Of a stretch of 64,000 bases of DNA, positions 63,471 through 64,000 are shown piece after piece. The position numbers were made by a program, and so were the translations under genes. Below the pieces are notes generated by a model. The model was not told the DNA's origin and made no database searches. It saw only the letters and a list, made by a program, of their open reading frames with translations. The DNA comes from Octopus sinensis (lineage: Eukaryota), in NCBI RefSeq assembly GCF_006345805.1, contig NC_042999.1, positions 158,534,001-158,598,000 on the forward strand, written 5' to 3'. How positions within the stretch are numbered: the stretch's first letter is position 1; each line of letters begins with the position of its first letter.

Positions 63471-64000
63471 GCCCTGATGCAGTACCAGGTAGTGGCTCTC
63501 GAGGCACTTCTGATCTTAACTGATTAGAAGTGTTATCATGCACATTGTTTTGTCTTGGTATAAAGGATGGGCTACAGTAAATATTCTGATCAATACCACT
63601 GATTTGCTCGTCAGTTGTTTGACCTTAAGCAGTTGAGCATGTCCCTTGGTGGTTGACGATATGTGCATATCTGATTATGAGCAGAAGTAGTGGGGGAGCA
63701 TCATAGGCATGTGTTGAGAGGGACTCCTTGGGGTTTGAATAATTCACCTCTGGAAACATGGGTGTTTCGCCCAACATCCTTAAACAACCCTTATTCAGGG
63801 ACCTTTTCAATGGGATGGGTTACTCGACCAGAAGAAAATTCTAACTGGGCCCCACCTCCAAGGTCATGCGCTGTTTGTCTTGATATGAGATCACCATGTC
63901 GTGCACATATGGTTGTGTTGCATGTGCCTGGTGTACCCTTATCAGACGGGTAGTCATGATGGGTATACTGGGCTTCATATATATGTCACTTTGATGGCAT
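63470..64000. mobile_element. Unclassified interspersed-repeat-like sequence abutting (AAT)n, possibly a LINE UTR
   Basis: Abrupt rise in complexity and GC after the (AAT)n tract; no protein motif recognised. Confidence 0.35.

Overview
AT-rich, microsatellite-dense eukaryotic DNA dominated by transposon debris. The SINE, LINE and Penelope complement looks like an octopus (coleoid cephalopod) genome; this is an inference, not a database result. There is no intact long protein-coding gene, and most ORF-track entries are translated microsatellites or broken retroelement ORFs. Recognisable parts: a head-to-tail stack of R4/Dong-like LINEs joined by (TAA)n, a nested HERO/NeSL-like fragment, RTE LINEs, three Penelope-like remnants (RT and/or GIY-YIG), two deleted mariners, a hAT derivative with an 8-bp TSD, Helentron/HINE-like pieces, several tRNA-derived SINE families, and a few candidate microexons. 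The standout is a near-identical 490-bp tandem array at 12420-15020. Each unit carries a type I hammerhead ribozyme fold, and the array ends in an inverted unit, making it a candidate retrozyme or ribozyme satellite able to yield ~490-nt (circular) RNAs. Further hammerheads sit in Penelope pseudo-LTRs, and several recent inverted duplications are present. All base-pairing was read by eye; no folding or database search was run.
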